Source: an uncultured Thermoanaerobaculia bacterium (GTDB taxonomy: Bacteria > Acidobacteriota > Thermoanaerobaculia > Thermoanaerobaculales > Sulfomarinibacteraceae). Taken from it: a DNA stretch of 64,000 nucleotides. The position numbers and the translations under genes were made by a program. Shown one piece after another: positions 33,914-43,997 of this stretch. Each line of letters starts with the position of its first letter. Position 1 is the stretch's first letter. The notes beneath the pieces were generated by a model. It was not told where the DNA came from. It searched no databases and was given only the letters and a program-made list of their open reading frames with translations. The stretch is taken from NCBI GenBank assembly GCA_964641295.1, contig CAZXNA010000001.1, positions 19,256 through 83,255 on the forward strand, given 5' to 3'.

Positions 33914-34479
33914 TGCCGGCGGGAGTGCTGGCCCTCCAGGGGGATTTCGACGCCCACGCCAGGACCCTCGAGCGTCTCGGGGTTCACGCGGTCCCGGTTC
34001 GAACCGTGGCGGAGCTCGAGACCATCGACGGTCTGATCCTGCCCGGCGGCGAGTCCACCACCATGCTCAAGCTGGCCATGGAGGATGGGCTTTTGGAGCC
34101 CCTTCGCCAGAGGATCGCCTCCGGCATGCCGGTGCTCGCCACCTGCGCCGGCGTCGTGCTCCTGGCCAGGGATGTCGAGCCGGAGCAGCGATCCCTGGGG
34201 CTCTTGCACGTCTCCCTGGTGCGCAACGCCTACGGCCGGCAGATCGCGTCGGCCATCGTTCCGCTCCGGACGGTGGAGGCCCTGGGCGAACCGCGCACCA
34301 TGGAGGGGGTCTTCATCCGCGCCCCCCGGATCACGGCGACCGACCCAGACGTCGAGGTTCTCGCCTGGCGCGACGACGATCCCGTGCTCGTCCGCCAGGG
34401 AAAGATCCTCGCGGCGACCTTTCACCCGGAACTGACGGACGATCTCCGGGTTCATGGGCTGTTCGCCAAGTCCATGTGA
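33913..34479 (+). CDS. pdxT: pyridoxal 5'-phosphate synthase glutaminase subunit PdxT
   Basis: ATG 33913 shares its A with the pdxS TAA stop. GVLALQGDFDAHARTLERLG...LILPGGESTTM...TCAG (catalytic Cys)...FHPELT. Confidence 0.93.
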   Translation: MPAGVLALQGDFDAHARTLERLGVHAVPVRTVAELETIDGLILPGGESTTMLKLAMEDGLLEPLRQRIASGMPVLATCAGVVLLARDVEPEQRSLGLLHVSLVRNAYGRQIASAIVPLRTVEALGEPRTMEGVFIRAPRITATDPDVEVLAWRDDDPVLVRQGKILAATFHPELTDDLRVHGLFAKSM

Positions 34480-34602
34480 AACGGCGCGGGCCCTGCCGCA
34501 GGGTCTCCGGGTGGAATGGAGGTCCCTATCGCTGGGGCACTTGACCGGCGGGGGGGCTGACGTAGTAGATTCTCCGGGAGGGATGGTGACGGGAGGCCGG
34601 GC

Positions 34603-35361
34603 ATGAGCGAGCAAGCCGTCAGGGTGACGAAGGAACAGGGCGTCGTGCATCTGGTCCTTGACCGCGGGGCCAACGTCATGGACGAGGAGATGCTTCTGGC
34701 GTTCCGGGGAGCCGTGACGGAGGCGAAGGAGGCCGGCGCGCCCCCACTGCTGATTTCCTCGGCAAACCCGCGGATCTTCTGTCCCGGCTGGGACCTCAAG
34801 CGTCTCAGCCGCGCAGGACGGGAGGACGTGGCTCGTTTCCTCAGACTCTTCGAAGCCACGATCCTGGAGCTCTTTTCCTACGCGGGGCCGACGGTGGTCG
34901 CCATCGGCGGTCACGCCATAGCCGGCGGCTGCCTGTTGACGCTGGCCGCCGACCGGAGGGTCGTCGGCCGCGGGGCCCGCATGGGGCTTTCGGAGATCAA
35001 CCTCGGCGTGCCCGTCCCGGCCGGCTGCGTGCGCATGCTGCGATCGCGACTGGCGCCGCACGCCGTGGAAGAGCTGGTTCTCCAGGGTGACGGCTGCACG
35101 CCCCACCGGGCCCTGGAGCTTGGCGCCGTCCAGCGGATTGTTGAGTCCAACGAGGTCGTCGTGGCGGCGGCCCAGGACCTGGCAACCCTCCAGTCCAAGT
35201 CCTCCTGCGCCTATGCCGAGGCCAAGCGCCTCCTCCACGGCCAGGCGTGGCAGGAGGCCCGCCGGGAGGCGGAGGCCGGGGTCGAGGGCTTCCTCACCTG
35301 CTGGTTCCACCCGGACACCCAGGCCCGGATCTCCCGGCTCGTCGAACGCCTGGAGCGCTGA
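34603..35361 (+). CDS. enoyl-CoA hydratase/isomerase (crotonase) family protein
   Basis: Crotonase-fold blocks IFCPGWDLKRL and AIGGHAIAGGCLLTLAADRRVV; 252 aa. Confidence 0.75.
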   Translation: MSEQAVRVTKEQGVVHLVLDRGANVMDEEMLLAFRGAVTEAKEAGAPPLLISSANPRIFCPGWDLKRLSRAGREDVARFLRLFEATILELFSYAGPTVVAIGGHAIAGGCLLTLAADRRVVGRGARMGLSEINLGVPVPAGCVRMLRSRLAPHAVEELVLQGDGCTPHRALELGAVQRIVESNEVVVAAAQDLATLQSKSSCAYAEAKRLLHGQAWQEARREAEAGVEGFLTCWFHPDTQARISRLVERLER

Positions 35362-35364
35362 GGC

Positions 35365-36288
35365 GTGAACGCCCCGCCGGGCCTTGCCGAAATTGCCGCA
35401 GCCCGCCTGGCCCGCCTGCCCTGGCGGCGTCTGCCCCCGCCGGAGGGGGCTCCACCCCCACGCCAGCGCGGCTGGATCGGAGGTCTCGACGAGGCCGCCA
35501 CGCTTCTGGAGGAGTTGACGGGCATCACTCCTCGGCGTGGAGGCGGACTCGGCGGCAACCTCCCCTGGGTGCCGGCCGGAGGGGCCGTCATCGGCTGCGG
35601 CCTCCCCCTCGCCGTTGGTCCCAAAGAGGTCCAGGGCCCGGACGGCACCTACCGCCTGGCCGACGCCACGGTGCTTCGTGAAGCCGGGGGGCGAACCGAG
35701 GAGCTTCTCCATCTCGAGGACCCGCCTCCGGCAAGGGGTGCCTTGGGCTTCGATCTCCTGTGGTTTGGAACGGCCGAACGCTACCTGGTCCGCCGTGGGC
35801 GGGTGGAGATCGAGGATCTCTTCGCCCGGGTCGTGGGACCGGTGGATCGGACGTGGCTGGAGAGGACCCTCCTCCGTCGGCAGCGGGTCGACCCCGCTTT
35901 TCTCCATGGCGTCGAGGTGGCGCCATCCCGCGGGGCGGCGACCGTCGAGGTACGCCGCGCAGCGGATCTGACGGGCCCGGGCTGGGATGATCCGCAACGC
36001 CTGATCGGTGCGCGGGAGTCCGTGGAAAACGTCAAGAGCGAGGGGGAGTGGCTCCGGGTGCGGCTGAAGGGGGGCGAGGAAATCCAAGCCGCCGTCTCGA
36101 CGGTTTCCGGGGGCTGGGTGGCGCATTTCGAGGGGGAGGCGCTTGCCTGGAGGCGGCTGTGGGCCCGGCGCGATGAAGGGTCGATCGTCTACGGCGCCGA
36201 GCCGGTGGCCGATCCTCGGGACCCGGGTGTGAGGACCCGGTGGGCCTTCGATCTGATGACAGATCTCCTCGAGCTGGAACGCTCGTGA
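35365..36288 (+). CDS. hypothetical protein (no family recognised)
   Basis: GTG start 3 nt after the crotonase stop. GC-rich third codon positions by eye. 307 aa with no motif I recognise. Confidence 0.5.
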   Translation: MNAPPGLAEIAAARLARLPWRRLPPPEGAPPPRQRGWIGGLDEAATLLEELTGITPRRGGGLGGNLPWVPAGGAVIGCGLPLAVGPKEVQGPDGTYRLADATVLREAGGRTEELLHLEDPPPARGALGFDLLWFGTAERYLVRRGRVEIEDLFARVVGPVDRTWLERTLLRRQRVDPAFLHGVEVAPSRGAATVEVRRAADLTGPGWDDPQRLIGARESVENVKSEGEWLRVRLKGGEEIQAAVSTVSGGWVAHFEGEALAWRRLWARRDEGSIVYGAEPVADPRDPGVRTRWAFDLMTDLLELERS

Positions 36289-36292
36289 ATCT

Positions 36293-37072
36293 TTACAGGT
36301 TGTAGACGGCGTCCTGCTCGAGCTCGTGAATCTCGTGGTCGAACTTCATGGCCGCCAGCTCGGCACGGAGCTGCTCCACGTAGGCCGGCTTGAAGTGATA
36401 CAGGTAAACGGGGATACGCGGGTCGACCTTGGCCAGCTCGGAGGCCAGTGTGGTCGGCGTCAGGTGGAGGCTGACGTCAGCGATCCGCTGGAGTTCCGAG
36501 GGGAAGGAACACTCGGTTATCAGCATCCCCAGCTCTTCCTGGGCGTTGGCCACCTCCCAGACGCGCTCCGTCGGGCCCGTGTCCGAGGTGTACAGGAAGG
36601 ACGCGGCGCCGCGGCGCACGAGAAAGCCGACCGTCGGCACGATGTGACGGACGGGGATCGGCGTGATTTCCACGGGACCGCCGGGGAGGCCCTCGATGAC
36701 GAAGGGTGTTTCCGCCTCGATCTCGACGAAGCGGACCGAGGGGTAGAGGTGGTTGGGAATCCGTGAGAAGTCCGGCCAGGTGTCATTGTTGAACAGGTGC
36801 CGGCGGACGTTGGCCAGGACCCGGGTGGTGCAGTAGATGTCCACGGCCCGTTCGCCGTTGGAGAAGCTGTTCTCGATGAGAAAGGGAAGGGAGGCGGTGT
36901 GGTCAATGTGAGAATGGGAGAGGAGGATGTGGTGGACCCCGGCCTGCTCCTCGATGGACAGACTCCGTGTCAGCGCCCCGGCGTCGATGGCCAGCGTTCC
37001 CTCCACGAGAAAGGAGGTCATGCGACAGCCGGGTGCATCGCCCCCATAGCTTCCGAGGATTCGAAGCTCCAT
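36293..37072 (-). CDS. MBL-fold metallo-hydrolase, class-II cyclic-nucleotide phosphodiesterase-like
   Basis: ORF 36293..37156 trimmed to ATG 37072 (MELRILGSYGG). Metal motif ILLSHSHIDHTASLPFL. Confidence 0.7.
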   Translation of the reverse strand: MELRILGSYGGDAPGCRMTSFLVEGTLAIDAGALTRSLSIEEQAGVHHILLSHSHIDHTASLPFLIENSFSNGERAVDIYCTTRVLANVRRHLFNNDTWPDFSRIPNHLYPSVRFVEIEAETPFVIEGLPGGPVEITPIPVRHIVPTVGFLVRRGAASFLYTSDTGPTERVWEVANAQEELGMLITECSFPSELQRIADVSLHLTPTTLASELAKVDPRIPVYLYHFKPAYVEQLRAELAAMKFDHEIHELEQDAVYNL

Positions 37073-37162
37073 GGATCGAGTATACCCCAGTGATGGGTTT
37101 CGCCTGCCGGACCGGGAGGACTGTTCTTGTGCGCTCCGGCAGGCCCCCGGTACCATGGGTCG

Positions 37163-38242
37163 ATGGACCGGATTCCAAGGGGAGCAGCCCAGAGACTGGC
37201 CCTTCTTCTCGGGGGGGCGGGTCGGCGGGTGCGGCGGGTCGTCGGCGCCGGAGGTGGGGAGCCCTTCGAATCCCTGCTGGACAGCGGCGTACCCCCCGCC
37301 TCACTGGCCGCCGCCCGGCGGGCCCTCGACGGCGAGGTGGCGTCGGTGCTCGATCGGGCCGCCGCCCTGGGCTGGAGGTGGGTGACCCCGGAAACGGGGG
37401 GGTACCCCGAGCTCCTGGCGGCGACGGCAGATCCCCCCCTGGGGCTGTTCGTCGCGGGGACGCTCCCCGTGGGCCCCGCCGTAGCCATCGTCGGTTCCCG
37501 CCGGGCGACGGCCTACGGACGGCAGGTGGCGGGCCTGCTGGGCCGCGAGGCGGCCGCGGCCGGGGCCGCCGTCATCTCCGGCATGGCCCGTGGAATCGAC
37601 GCCTCGGCCCACCGCGGCGCGCTGGAGGCCGGGGGGCCGACGGTGGCCGTGTGGGGCACCGGCCCCGACCGCGTGTACCCCACCGAGCACCGGCGCCTTG
37701 CGGAGGAGATCCGCGCTTCGGGTGCCCTGGTCAGCGAGTACCTGCCCGGGACGCCACCCCGGCGCCACCACTTTCCCGAGCGGAACCGGATCATCGCCGG
37801 GATGGTCCGGGTCCTGGTTGTGGTGGAGGCGGCGGCCCGGTCCGGTGCGCTGGTGACGGCCCGCCTGGCCCTGGACGAGGGCCGGGAGGTCTTCGCGGTG
37901 CCCGGTTCCATCCTTTCCGAATCCTCCGTCGGTCCCAATACCCTCCTGCGCCTCGGCGCCAAGCCGTTGCTCGGTCCCCGGGACCTACTGGAAGAGCTCG
38001 GCCTGGACGGGGCCGGTTCGGGAGCCTCCGGTGCCGGGGATCCCCTGGGAGAGGCCCTGCCGGCCGGGGAGAGCCGCTCGGTGGAGGAGCTGGCCGCGGC
38101 CCTGGGTCGTCCCATTCCCGACGTCCTCAACCTCCTGCTGGAGCAGGAGATGGCCGGCACCGTCGAGCGGGCGGCCGACGGCCGCTACAGCCGCAGGGCC
38201 GGGTCCATCCGGGTGGTGCCCTCCGAAAACGGCGGGCCCTAG
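37163..38242 (+). CDS. dprA: DNA processing/protecting protein DprA (Smf)
   Basis: In ORF 37127..38242. Rossmann-like core VAIVGSRRATAYGRQVA...ISGMARGIDASAHRGAL...FPERNRIIAG. The start is uncertain (37127 or 37163). Confidence 0.88.
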   Translation: MDRIPRGAAQRLALLLGGAGRRVRRVVGAGGGEPFESLLDSGVPPASLAAARRALDGEVASVLDRAAALGWRWVTPETGGYPELLAATADPPLGLFVAGTLPVGPAVAIVGSRRATAYGRQVAGLLGREAAAAGAAVISGMARGIDASAHRGALEAGGPTVAVWGTGPDRVYPTEHRRLAEEIRASGALVSEYLPGTPPRRHHFPERNRIIAGMVRVLVVVEAAARSGALVTARLALDEGREVFAVPGSILSESSVGPNTLLRLGAKPLLGPRDLLEELGLDGAGSGASGAGDPLGEALPAGESRSVEELAAALGRPIPDVLNLLLEQEMAGTVERAADGRYSRRAGSIRVVPSENGGP

Positions 38243-38355
38243 CCCCCCGTGACCCTCCCCGGCGATCCGGGTCGCCTCCCGGGCTTCACCAACCCGCCAT
38301 GACGTCAGGCCCCTTGACGTGGTGTGGTACCGTGACCGGCCTGGAGGATCTGGAG

Positions 38356-40665
38356 ATGGCGTCCAAGCTGCTCATCGTCGAGTCGCCAGCCAAGGCGCGC
38401 ACCATCGGCAACTACCTGGGAGGCGAGTTCGAGGTCAAGGCCTCGGTCGGTCACGTGCGGGACCTCCCCAAGTCCAAGCTGGGTGTCGACGAGGAAAACG
38501 ATTTCGAACCCGAATACCTGGTGCTTCCCGAAAAGAAGAAGGTCGTGGAGGAGTTGCGCCGGGCCGCGAAGAACGCCGAAGAGGTCTACCTCGCCACCGA
38601 CCCCGACCGTGAGGGGGAGGCCATCTCCTGGCACATCGCCGAACTCCTCAAGGACCTCGGCCGCCCCATTCACCGGGTGGAGTTTCACCAGATCACCAGG
38701 AACGCCGTCCGGGACGCCATCGCCGAGCCGCGGGAGCTGGACCTCGCCCGGGTGGACGCCCAGCAGGCCCGCCGGGTCGTCGACCGCCTGATGGGGTACA
38801 AGATTTCTCCGCTCCTGTGGCGTTCGGTGCGTCGTGGACTGTCGGCGGGGCGGGTCCAGTCGGTCGCCCTGAAGATGATCTGCGACCGCGAGGACGAGAT
38901 CGAGGCCTTCGTTCCGGAGGAATACTGGCTCGTGGACGCCACGGTCCTGGCGCCGGAGCCGCCCCCCTTCGTCGTACGGCTGGCCAAACGGGACGGCAAG
39001 AAATGGCGGCCGTCCACGGCGGAAGAGGCCCAGGAGGTCAAGGCGGCCCTCGAGGCCGGTTCCATCCGGATCACCTCCGTCAAGCGGCGCAAGGGGCGGC
39101 AGCGGCCCCGGGCACCCTTCATCACATCGAGCCTCCAGCAGGAGGCCGCGCGCCGGTTGGGCCTGCCCGTCCGGCGGACCATGCAGCTCGCCCAGCGCCT
39201 CTACGAGGGGGTCGAGCTTGGCGACCGCGGCCGTCAGGGGCTGATCACCTACATGAGAACGGACTCCGTCCGCTCGGCACCCGAGGCGGTGGAGGCCGCC
39301 CGGCAGGTCATCTCTGCGCGCTTCGGTGAGGAGGCGGTACCCGAGAAGCCCAACTACTTCAAGAACCGGAACACGGCCCAGGATGCCCATGAGGCCATCC
39401 GTCCGGTGGATCCCGGTCTGGTACCGGAGAAGGTCAAGGACCATCTCGGACGGGACGAGCTCCGCCTCTACCGGCTGATCTGGGAACGCTTCGTGGCCTC
39501 GCAGATGAAGCCCGCCGTCTTCGACGTCACCAAGGTCGAGGTCAGCTGCGGTCCCTTCACCTTTGCCGTCGAGGGAAAGATCCTGCTCGATCCCGGCTTT
39601 CTCCGCCTGTGGAAGGAGAACGGTGAGGCGAAGGAAGGCGAGCAGCAGAAGCTCCCGGCCGGCCTGGAAGAGGGCCAGAGCCTCGAGCTTCAGGGTGTCA
39701 AAGTGGAGCAGAAGTTCACCCAACCCCCGCCACGCTACACGGAGGCGACCCTGGTCAAGGCCCTGGAGGAAAAGGGTATTGGCCGGCCCTCGACCTACGC
39801 GGCAATCATCGCCACAATCTCCGGGCGCGACTACGTCCTCCGGGAGAAGCGGACCTTCCGACCCACCGAGCTGGGGCGTCTGGTCAACCGCCTCCTGACG
39901 GCCACCTTCAGCGATCTGATCGACGAGGGGTACACGGCCCGCCTGGAGGAGGAGCTGGACCGGGTCGCCGCGGGGAAGGAGGGGTGGCACGATCTGGTCC
40001 GGCGCTTCGCCGAGAGCTTCGCCCGGGACCTGGAGGGTGCCGTGGAATCCATGCGGGAGCTTCGCCGGAAGCTGGCGACGACCGACGAGAAATGTCCCGA
40101 GTGCGGCAAACCCCTGGTCCTGCGATTCGGCTCCAACGGCGCCTTCCTGGGGTGCAGCGGATACCCGGAATGCCGCTACACCCGAAACGTCGGGGAGGCC
40201 GAGGCCGAAGGGGAGGGGACGGAGGACGGCCCCGCCGGGGGCGATGTGGAAGTCCCCAGCTGCCCCAAGTGCGGTGCGCCCATGGTGCAACGGCGCTCGC
40301 GGCGCGGCCCCTTCTGGGGTTGCTCCAAATACCCCGAGTGCAAGGGAACCCGCTCCCTCGACGGGAAGACCCGCCAGGAGCCCAAGGGCACCGGCGTCCC
40401 CTGCCCCCTCGAAGGGTGTGAGGGTGAGCTGACGGGCAGAAAGTCCAGGTACGGCAAGATCTTCTACAGCTGCAGCCGATACCCGAAGTGCAAGTTCGCC
40501 ATGAACGACTGGCCCGTGCCGATCCCCTGTCCCCAGTGCGGCTGGCCGGTCATGGGTCTGCGGGTGACCAAGCGCTTCGGCCGCCAGCTGGTCTGCCCCG
40601 TCAAGGAGTGCGGGCACCGGATCCCGGCTCCGGACGAGGTCACCGGACCGGAACAGGAAGGGTGA
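38356..40665 (+). CDS. topA: DNA topoisomerase I with four C-terminal Cys4 zinc-ribbon repeats
   Basis: ORF 36967..40665 trimmed to ATG 38356 (GGAGG...GGAG upstream). Toprim [23 protein letters not shown]-terminal zinc ribbons [37 protein letters not shown] and CPQCG..CPVKEC. Confidence 0.96.
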   Translation: MASKLLIVESPAKARTIGNYLGGEFEVKASVGHVRDLPKSKLGVDEENDFEPEYLVLPEKKKVVEELRRAAKNAEEVYLATDPDREGEAISWHIAELLKDLGRPIHRVEFHQITRNAVRDAIAEPRELDLARVDAQQARRVVDRLMGYKISPLLWRSVRRGLSAGRVQSVALKMICDREDEIEAFVPEEYWLVDATVLAPEPPPFVVRLAKRDGKKWRPSTAEEAQEVKAALEAGSIRITSVKRRKGRQRPRAPFITSSLQQEAARRLGLPVRRTMQLAQRLYEGVELGDRGRQGLITYMRTDSVRSAPEAVEAARQVISARFGEEAVPEKPNYFKNRNTAQDAHEAIRPVDPGLVPEKVKDHLGRDELRLYRLIWERFVASQMKPAVFDVTKVEVSCGPFTFAVEGKILLDPGFLRLWKENGEAKEGEQQKLPAGLEEGQSLELQGVKVEQKFTQPPPRYTEATLVKALEEKGIGRPSTYAAIIATISGRDYVLREKRTFRPTELGRLVNRLLTATFSDLIDEGYTARLEEELDRVAAGKEGWHDLVRRFAESFARDLEGAVESMRELRRKLATTDEKCPECGKPLVLRFGSNGAFLGCSGYPECRYTRNVGEAEAEGEGTEDGPAGGDVEVPSCPKCGAPMVQRRSRRGPFWGCSKYPECKGTRSLDGKTRQEPKGTGVPCPLEGCEGELTGRKSRYGKIFYSCSRYPKCKFAMNDWPVPIPCPQCGWPVMGLRVTKRFGRQLVCPVKECGHRIPAPDEVTGPEQEG

Positions 40666-41987
40666 GCCCGGAGGTCCTCGTCGCCGGGGCGGGGCTGGCC
40701 GGCAGCGAGGCCGCCTGGCAGCTGGCCCAGACGGGTGTAGCCGTCCGGCTCGTTGAGATGCGGCCCGTACGAAGCACTCCGGTCCACGCCACGGATCGTT
40801 TCGCCGAGCTGGTCTGCTCCAACTCCCTCCGGGGCGACGCCCCCTCCAACGCCGTCGGCCTGCTCAAGCGGGAGATGGAGGCGCTGGGGTCCATCATCGT
40901 CCGGGCGGCCCGCGCCGCGGCCCTGCCGGCGGGGGGCGCCCTGGCCGTGGACCGGGACCGCTTCACCGAGGAGGTGACGGCGGCCGTCTCCGGCCACCCG
41001 CGGATCACCGTCGAGCGCCGCGAGGTGACGTCCCTGCCCCATGGGCCCGCCATCATCGCCACCGGGCCCCTGACCTCGCCCCCACTCCACGAGGCCCTGG
41101 AGGAGCTCCTGGGCGAGGGCGCCCTGGCCTTCTTCGACGCCGTGGCGCCCATCGTCGCGGCGGACTCCCTGGACATGGACCGGCTCTTCCGCGCCTCCCG
41201 CTACGGCAAGGGGGAGGCCGACTATGTCAATGCCCCCATGACCCGGGAGGAGTACGAGGCCTTCGTCGACGAGCTTCTTGCCGCCGAAAAAGTGGCCTTC
41301 AAGGATTTCGAGACCGGGGACGCCGCCTATTTCGAGGGGTGTCTCCCCATCGAGGTCATGGCCGAACGGGGCCGGGACACCCTGCGCTTCGGGCCCATGA
41401 AACCCGTTGGCCTCGAGGATCCGCGAACCGGGCGCCGTCCCTGGGCCGTGGTGCAGCTGCGCCAGGACGACCTGGCCGCCGAGCACTGGAACCTCGTGGG
41501 CTTCCAGACCAAGTTGACCCGCCCCGAGCAGAAGCGGGTCTTCCGCATGATTCCCGGCCTCGAGGAGGCGCGCTTCGTCCGCTACGGCATGATCCACCGG
41601 AACACCTTCGTCAACGCGCCGGCCCACCTGGACCCCTACCTTCGGCTCAGGGCGCGCCCCGATCTGCGGTTGGCCGGCCAGATGACGGGCGTCGAGGGCT
41701 ACGTCGAATCGGCCGCCACGGGCCTGCTGGCAGGGCGGTTCCTGGCCGCCGAGCTCGCCGGCCGCGTCCTCGCGCCCCCGCCTCCGGACACGGCCCTCGG
41801 CGGCCTCGTCCGCCACCTGACCGCCCGGCGTCCCGAGGGCTTTCAGCCCGCCAACATCTCCTGGGGCCTCATCCGCTGCCCCCTGGAGCTGACCTCCATC
41901 CGCGACCGCCGCCGCCGCCGGGAGGCCCAGGCCGCCCACGCCCTGGAGTCCATCCGGGGGTGGGCTCGCCGGCTCGGCGGAGGGTGA
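40662..41987 (+). CDS. trmFO: methylenetetrahydrofolate--tRNA-(uracil54-C5)-methyltransferase TrmFO (Gid)
   Basis: ORF 40488..41987 trimmed to GTG 40662 (GTGA overlap with the topA stop). FAD motif VAGAGLAGSEAAWQLA, LVCSNSLR and GQMTGVEGYVES. Confidence 0.9.
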   Translation: MSPEVLVAGAGLAGSEAAWQLAQTGVAVRLVEMRPVRSTPVHATDRFAELVCSNSLRGDAPSNAVGLLKREMEALGSIIVRAARAAALPAGGALAVDRDRFTEEVTAAVSGHPRITVERREVTSLPHGPAIIATGPLTSPPLHEALEELLGEGALAFFDAVAPIVAADSLDMDRLFRASRYGKGEADYVNAPMTREEYEAFVDELLAAEKVAFKDFETGDAAYFEGCLPIEVMAERGRDTLRFGPMKPVGLEDPRTGRRPWAVVQLRQDDLAAEHWNLVGFQTKLTRPEQKRVFRMIPGLEEARFVRYGMIHRNTFVNAPAHLDPYLRLRARPDLRLAGQMTGVEGYVESAATGLLAGRFLAAELAGRVLAPPPPDTALGGLVRHLTARRPEGFQPANISWGLIRCPLELTSIRDRRRRREAQAAHALESIRGWARRLGGG

Positions 41988-42093
41988 TCGTTCAAAAGGC
42001 TTTCCAGGTCAGGGATTCCGATCCGCCAATGGTAAGGATGATCGGGGGTCGCTCGGGCCCATCCCGCCATGGGGGGCGAAACTTGCGAGGGAC

Positions 42094-43002
42094 CTACGCC
42101 TTGGGGTGCGCCGAGCGATAGACCTCCATCAGGTGCGCCAGGTCCACGTGGGTGTAGATCTGGGTGGTGGCCAGGGAGGTGTGGCCCAGGAGCTCCTGGA
42201 TGGCGCGCAGGTCCATGCCGGCCTCCAGGAGGTGGGTGGCGAAGGCGTGGCGGAGGGCGTGGGGGTGGAGCTCGTAGAGCTCGGCCGTACGGGTGACGGC
42301 GGCGTTGAGGATGCGGCGGACGGAGCGGTCGCTGAGGCGGGAGCCCCGCTGGTTGACGAAGAGGGGGTCGCCCTCCTCCCGTGATGGCCCGGAACGCCAG
42401 CGGGCACGCTCGGGCAGGTAGGCCTCGATGGCCGCCAGGGCCTTCCGGCCGAAGGGGACGATCCGCTCCTTGCGGCCCTTGCCCGAAACACGGACCAGAC
42501 GGCGGCCGCGGTCCAGGTCGTCCAGGTCCAGGGTCACGAGCTCGCCGACCCGGAGCCCGGCGCCGTAGAGGAGCTCGAGGATGGCCCGGTCGCGGCGGCC
42601 GGCGGGCGTGTCCGGCAGGCCGTCGAGCATGCGACCGATGGCCTCCGCCGGCACCGTGGGCGGTAGACGCCGCTCCACCCGCGGGTGGGGAACGAGCTCC
42701 GCAGGGTTGGTCCCGACCAGCCCTTCGGTGTTCAGGAATCGGAACCACGCCCTGAGGGATGCCAGGGCACGTTGCACGGAGCGCGGTGCCAGACCGCGGG
42801 ACCTCAGGTGGGCCAGGTAGGCCCGCACATCGACAGCCTCCACTGCTCCCGGCCCGACCCGGCTTAGCTCCTCCTCCGCGAACTCCGCGAAGCTCCGGAC
42901 CTCACGCCGGTAGGCCCTCAGGGTCCGCGGCGACAGGTTCCGCTCCCACTCCAGATGTTCCAGAAAGCGCTCCAGGAACCAGGGATCGTCTGGCCGGTTC
43001 AT
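42094..43002 (-). CDS. xerC: tyrosine recombinase XerC/XerD family
   Basis: N-terminal SAM-like domain FLEHLEWERNLSPRTLRAYRREV. Catalytic C-terminus HALRHAFATHLLEAGMDLRAIQELLGHTSLATTQIYTHV. Confidence 0.88.
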   Translation of the reverse strand: MNRPDDPWFLERFLEHLEWERNLSPRTLRAYRREVRSFAEFAEEELSRVGPGAVEAVDVRAYLAHLRSRGLAPRSVQRALASLRAWFRFLNTEGLVGTNPAELVPHPRVERRLPPTVPAEAIGRMLDGLPDTPAGRRDRAILELLYGAGLRVGELVTLDLDDLDRGRRLVRVSGKGRKERIVPFGRKALAAIEAYLPERARWRSGPSREEGDPLFVNQRGSRLSDRSVRRILNAAVTRTAELYELHPHALRHAFATHLLEAGMDLRAIQELLGHTSLATTQIYTHVDLAHLMEVYRSAHPKA

Positions 43003-43109
43003 GGCACCAGTGTACTCCGTGTCACCCCGGCGTCGGGCTGCGCGCCCAGGTGCGCTGCCCTCGGCCGAGGTCTCTCAAATGGAAAGCGCGTACCGCGGCC
43101 GGCAGAACC

Positions 43110-43997
43110 TCATCCCCGGCGGGAGCTGGCCACCTCCAACACCGCCCGGGCGGCGGCGCGGTAGGCGACGGCCCGCGAGGGACGGAGGAGGGCCCGCGCC
43201 AGGAGGCTGGCCCGGAGTGTGCGGAGGATGGTCCTGGACTCGTTCGGGTGGTGGCGAAGGATGTAACGGCCCATGTTGCGGTGGTAGGCCTCGAGGAAGG
43301 CCCGGTCGCCGAGGGTTGCAGCAGAAACGCCCCCCTCGTGGACGACCGTCGCCCCGGGGACGACCGTGAAGGCGCCAGCGCCGGCGGTCCTCAGGCGGGC
43401 GCAGAAGTCCACGTCCTCCCACCAGGCGGGCTGGTACCGGGGATCGAGACCGTCGAAACCCTCCCACACCCGGCGGCGCAGCAGCCAGCAGGCGGCGGCG
43501 GGCTGCTCGACGGAAACGGGCCGTTTCGGAGGCTGGAGGAATGCGGGGCGACCGGGGCGTCCCAGGGCAAGGTCCACGGGCCGGGGCAGCCGGCGAAGCT
43601 GCCAGCGGTGCTGGGAGCGCCCGTCCTGACCCACCAGGAGAGGGACGACTCCGGGACAGTGGGGGTGCTCGTCCAGGTGCCGCGCCATGGTATCCAGTGC
43701 GCCGGCGGTCAGGCGGGCGTCGGGGTTGAGGAGAAGGATCAACTCCCCGGGTGCGACCTCGGCACCGCGGTCCGCTGCAAAGGCGAAGGAACGGTTTTTC
43801 TCCAGGAGGATGGTGTGGACCTGGGGAAAACGGCGGCCCAGCTTCTCTCCGCCGCCGTCCTTCGATCCGGAGTCCACGAGGACGATCCCCGCCAGGCGCG
43901 CTCCCCCGTGATCCAGCAGCGATTCCAGGCAACGGGCCACCTCCTCGCCGCCGCGGTAGCGAACGACGACGGTGCCGACGTCGGGGGAGTTCACCAC
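43110..43997 (-). CDS. glycosyltransferase family 2
   Basis: ORF 43110..44159 trimmed to GTG 43997/43994 (GAGGAG upstream; GTGGTGA overlap with the upstream stop). VVVRYRGGEEVARCLESLL...LVDSGSKDGG...LLLNPDARL (DxD-like). Confidence 0.75.
   Translation of the reverse strand: MVNSPDVGTVVVRYRGGEEVARCLESLLDHGGARLAGIVLVDSGSKDGGGEKLGRRFPQVHTILLEKNRSFAFAADRGAEVAPGELILLLNPDARLTAGALDTMARHLDEHPHCPGVVPLLVGQDGRSQHRWQLRRLPRPVDLALGRPGRPAFLQPPKRPVSVEQPAAACWLLRRRVWEGFDGLDPRYQPAWWEDVDFCARLRTAGAGAFTVVPGATVVHEGGVSAATLGDRAFLEAYHRNMGRYILRHHPNESRTILRTLRASLLARALLRPSRAVAYRAAARAVLEVASSRRG

Noticed and set aside
33514-36126. 870-aa minus-strand ORF spanning pdxS, pdxT, the crotonase gene and the hypothetical gene
   Set aside because: It lies antisense to four plus-strand genes, three of which have unmistakable motifs. 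The Arg/Pro/Gly-rich junk translation is typical of stop-poor frames at high GC.
36967-40665. Reading the 1232-aa ORF as one giant topoisomerase fusion
   Set aside because: The first ~463 codons are an out-of-frame read across the MBL-gene promoter and dprA (Arg/Gly/Pro-rich). Topoisomerase I starts canonically at [14 protein letters not shown] (38356) behind an SD.
38305-41939. 770-aa and 491-aa minus-strand ORFs
   Set aside because: They are antisense to topA and trmFO, with low-complexity translations.
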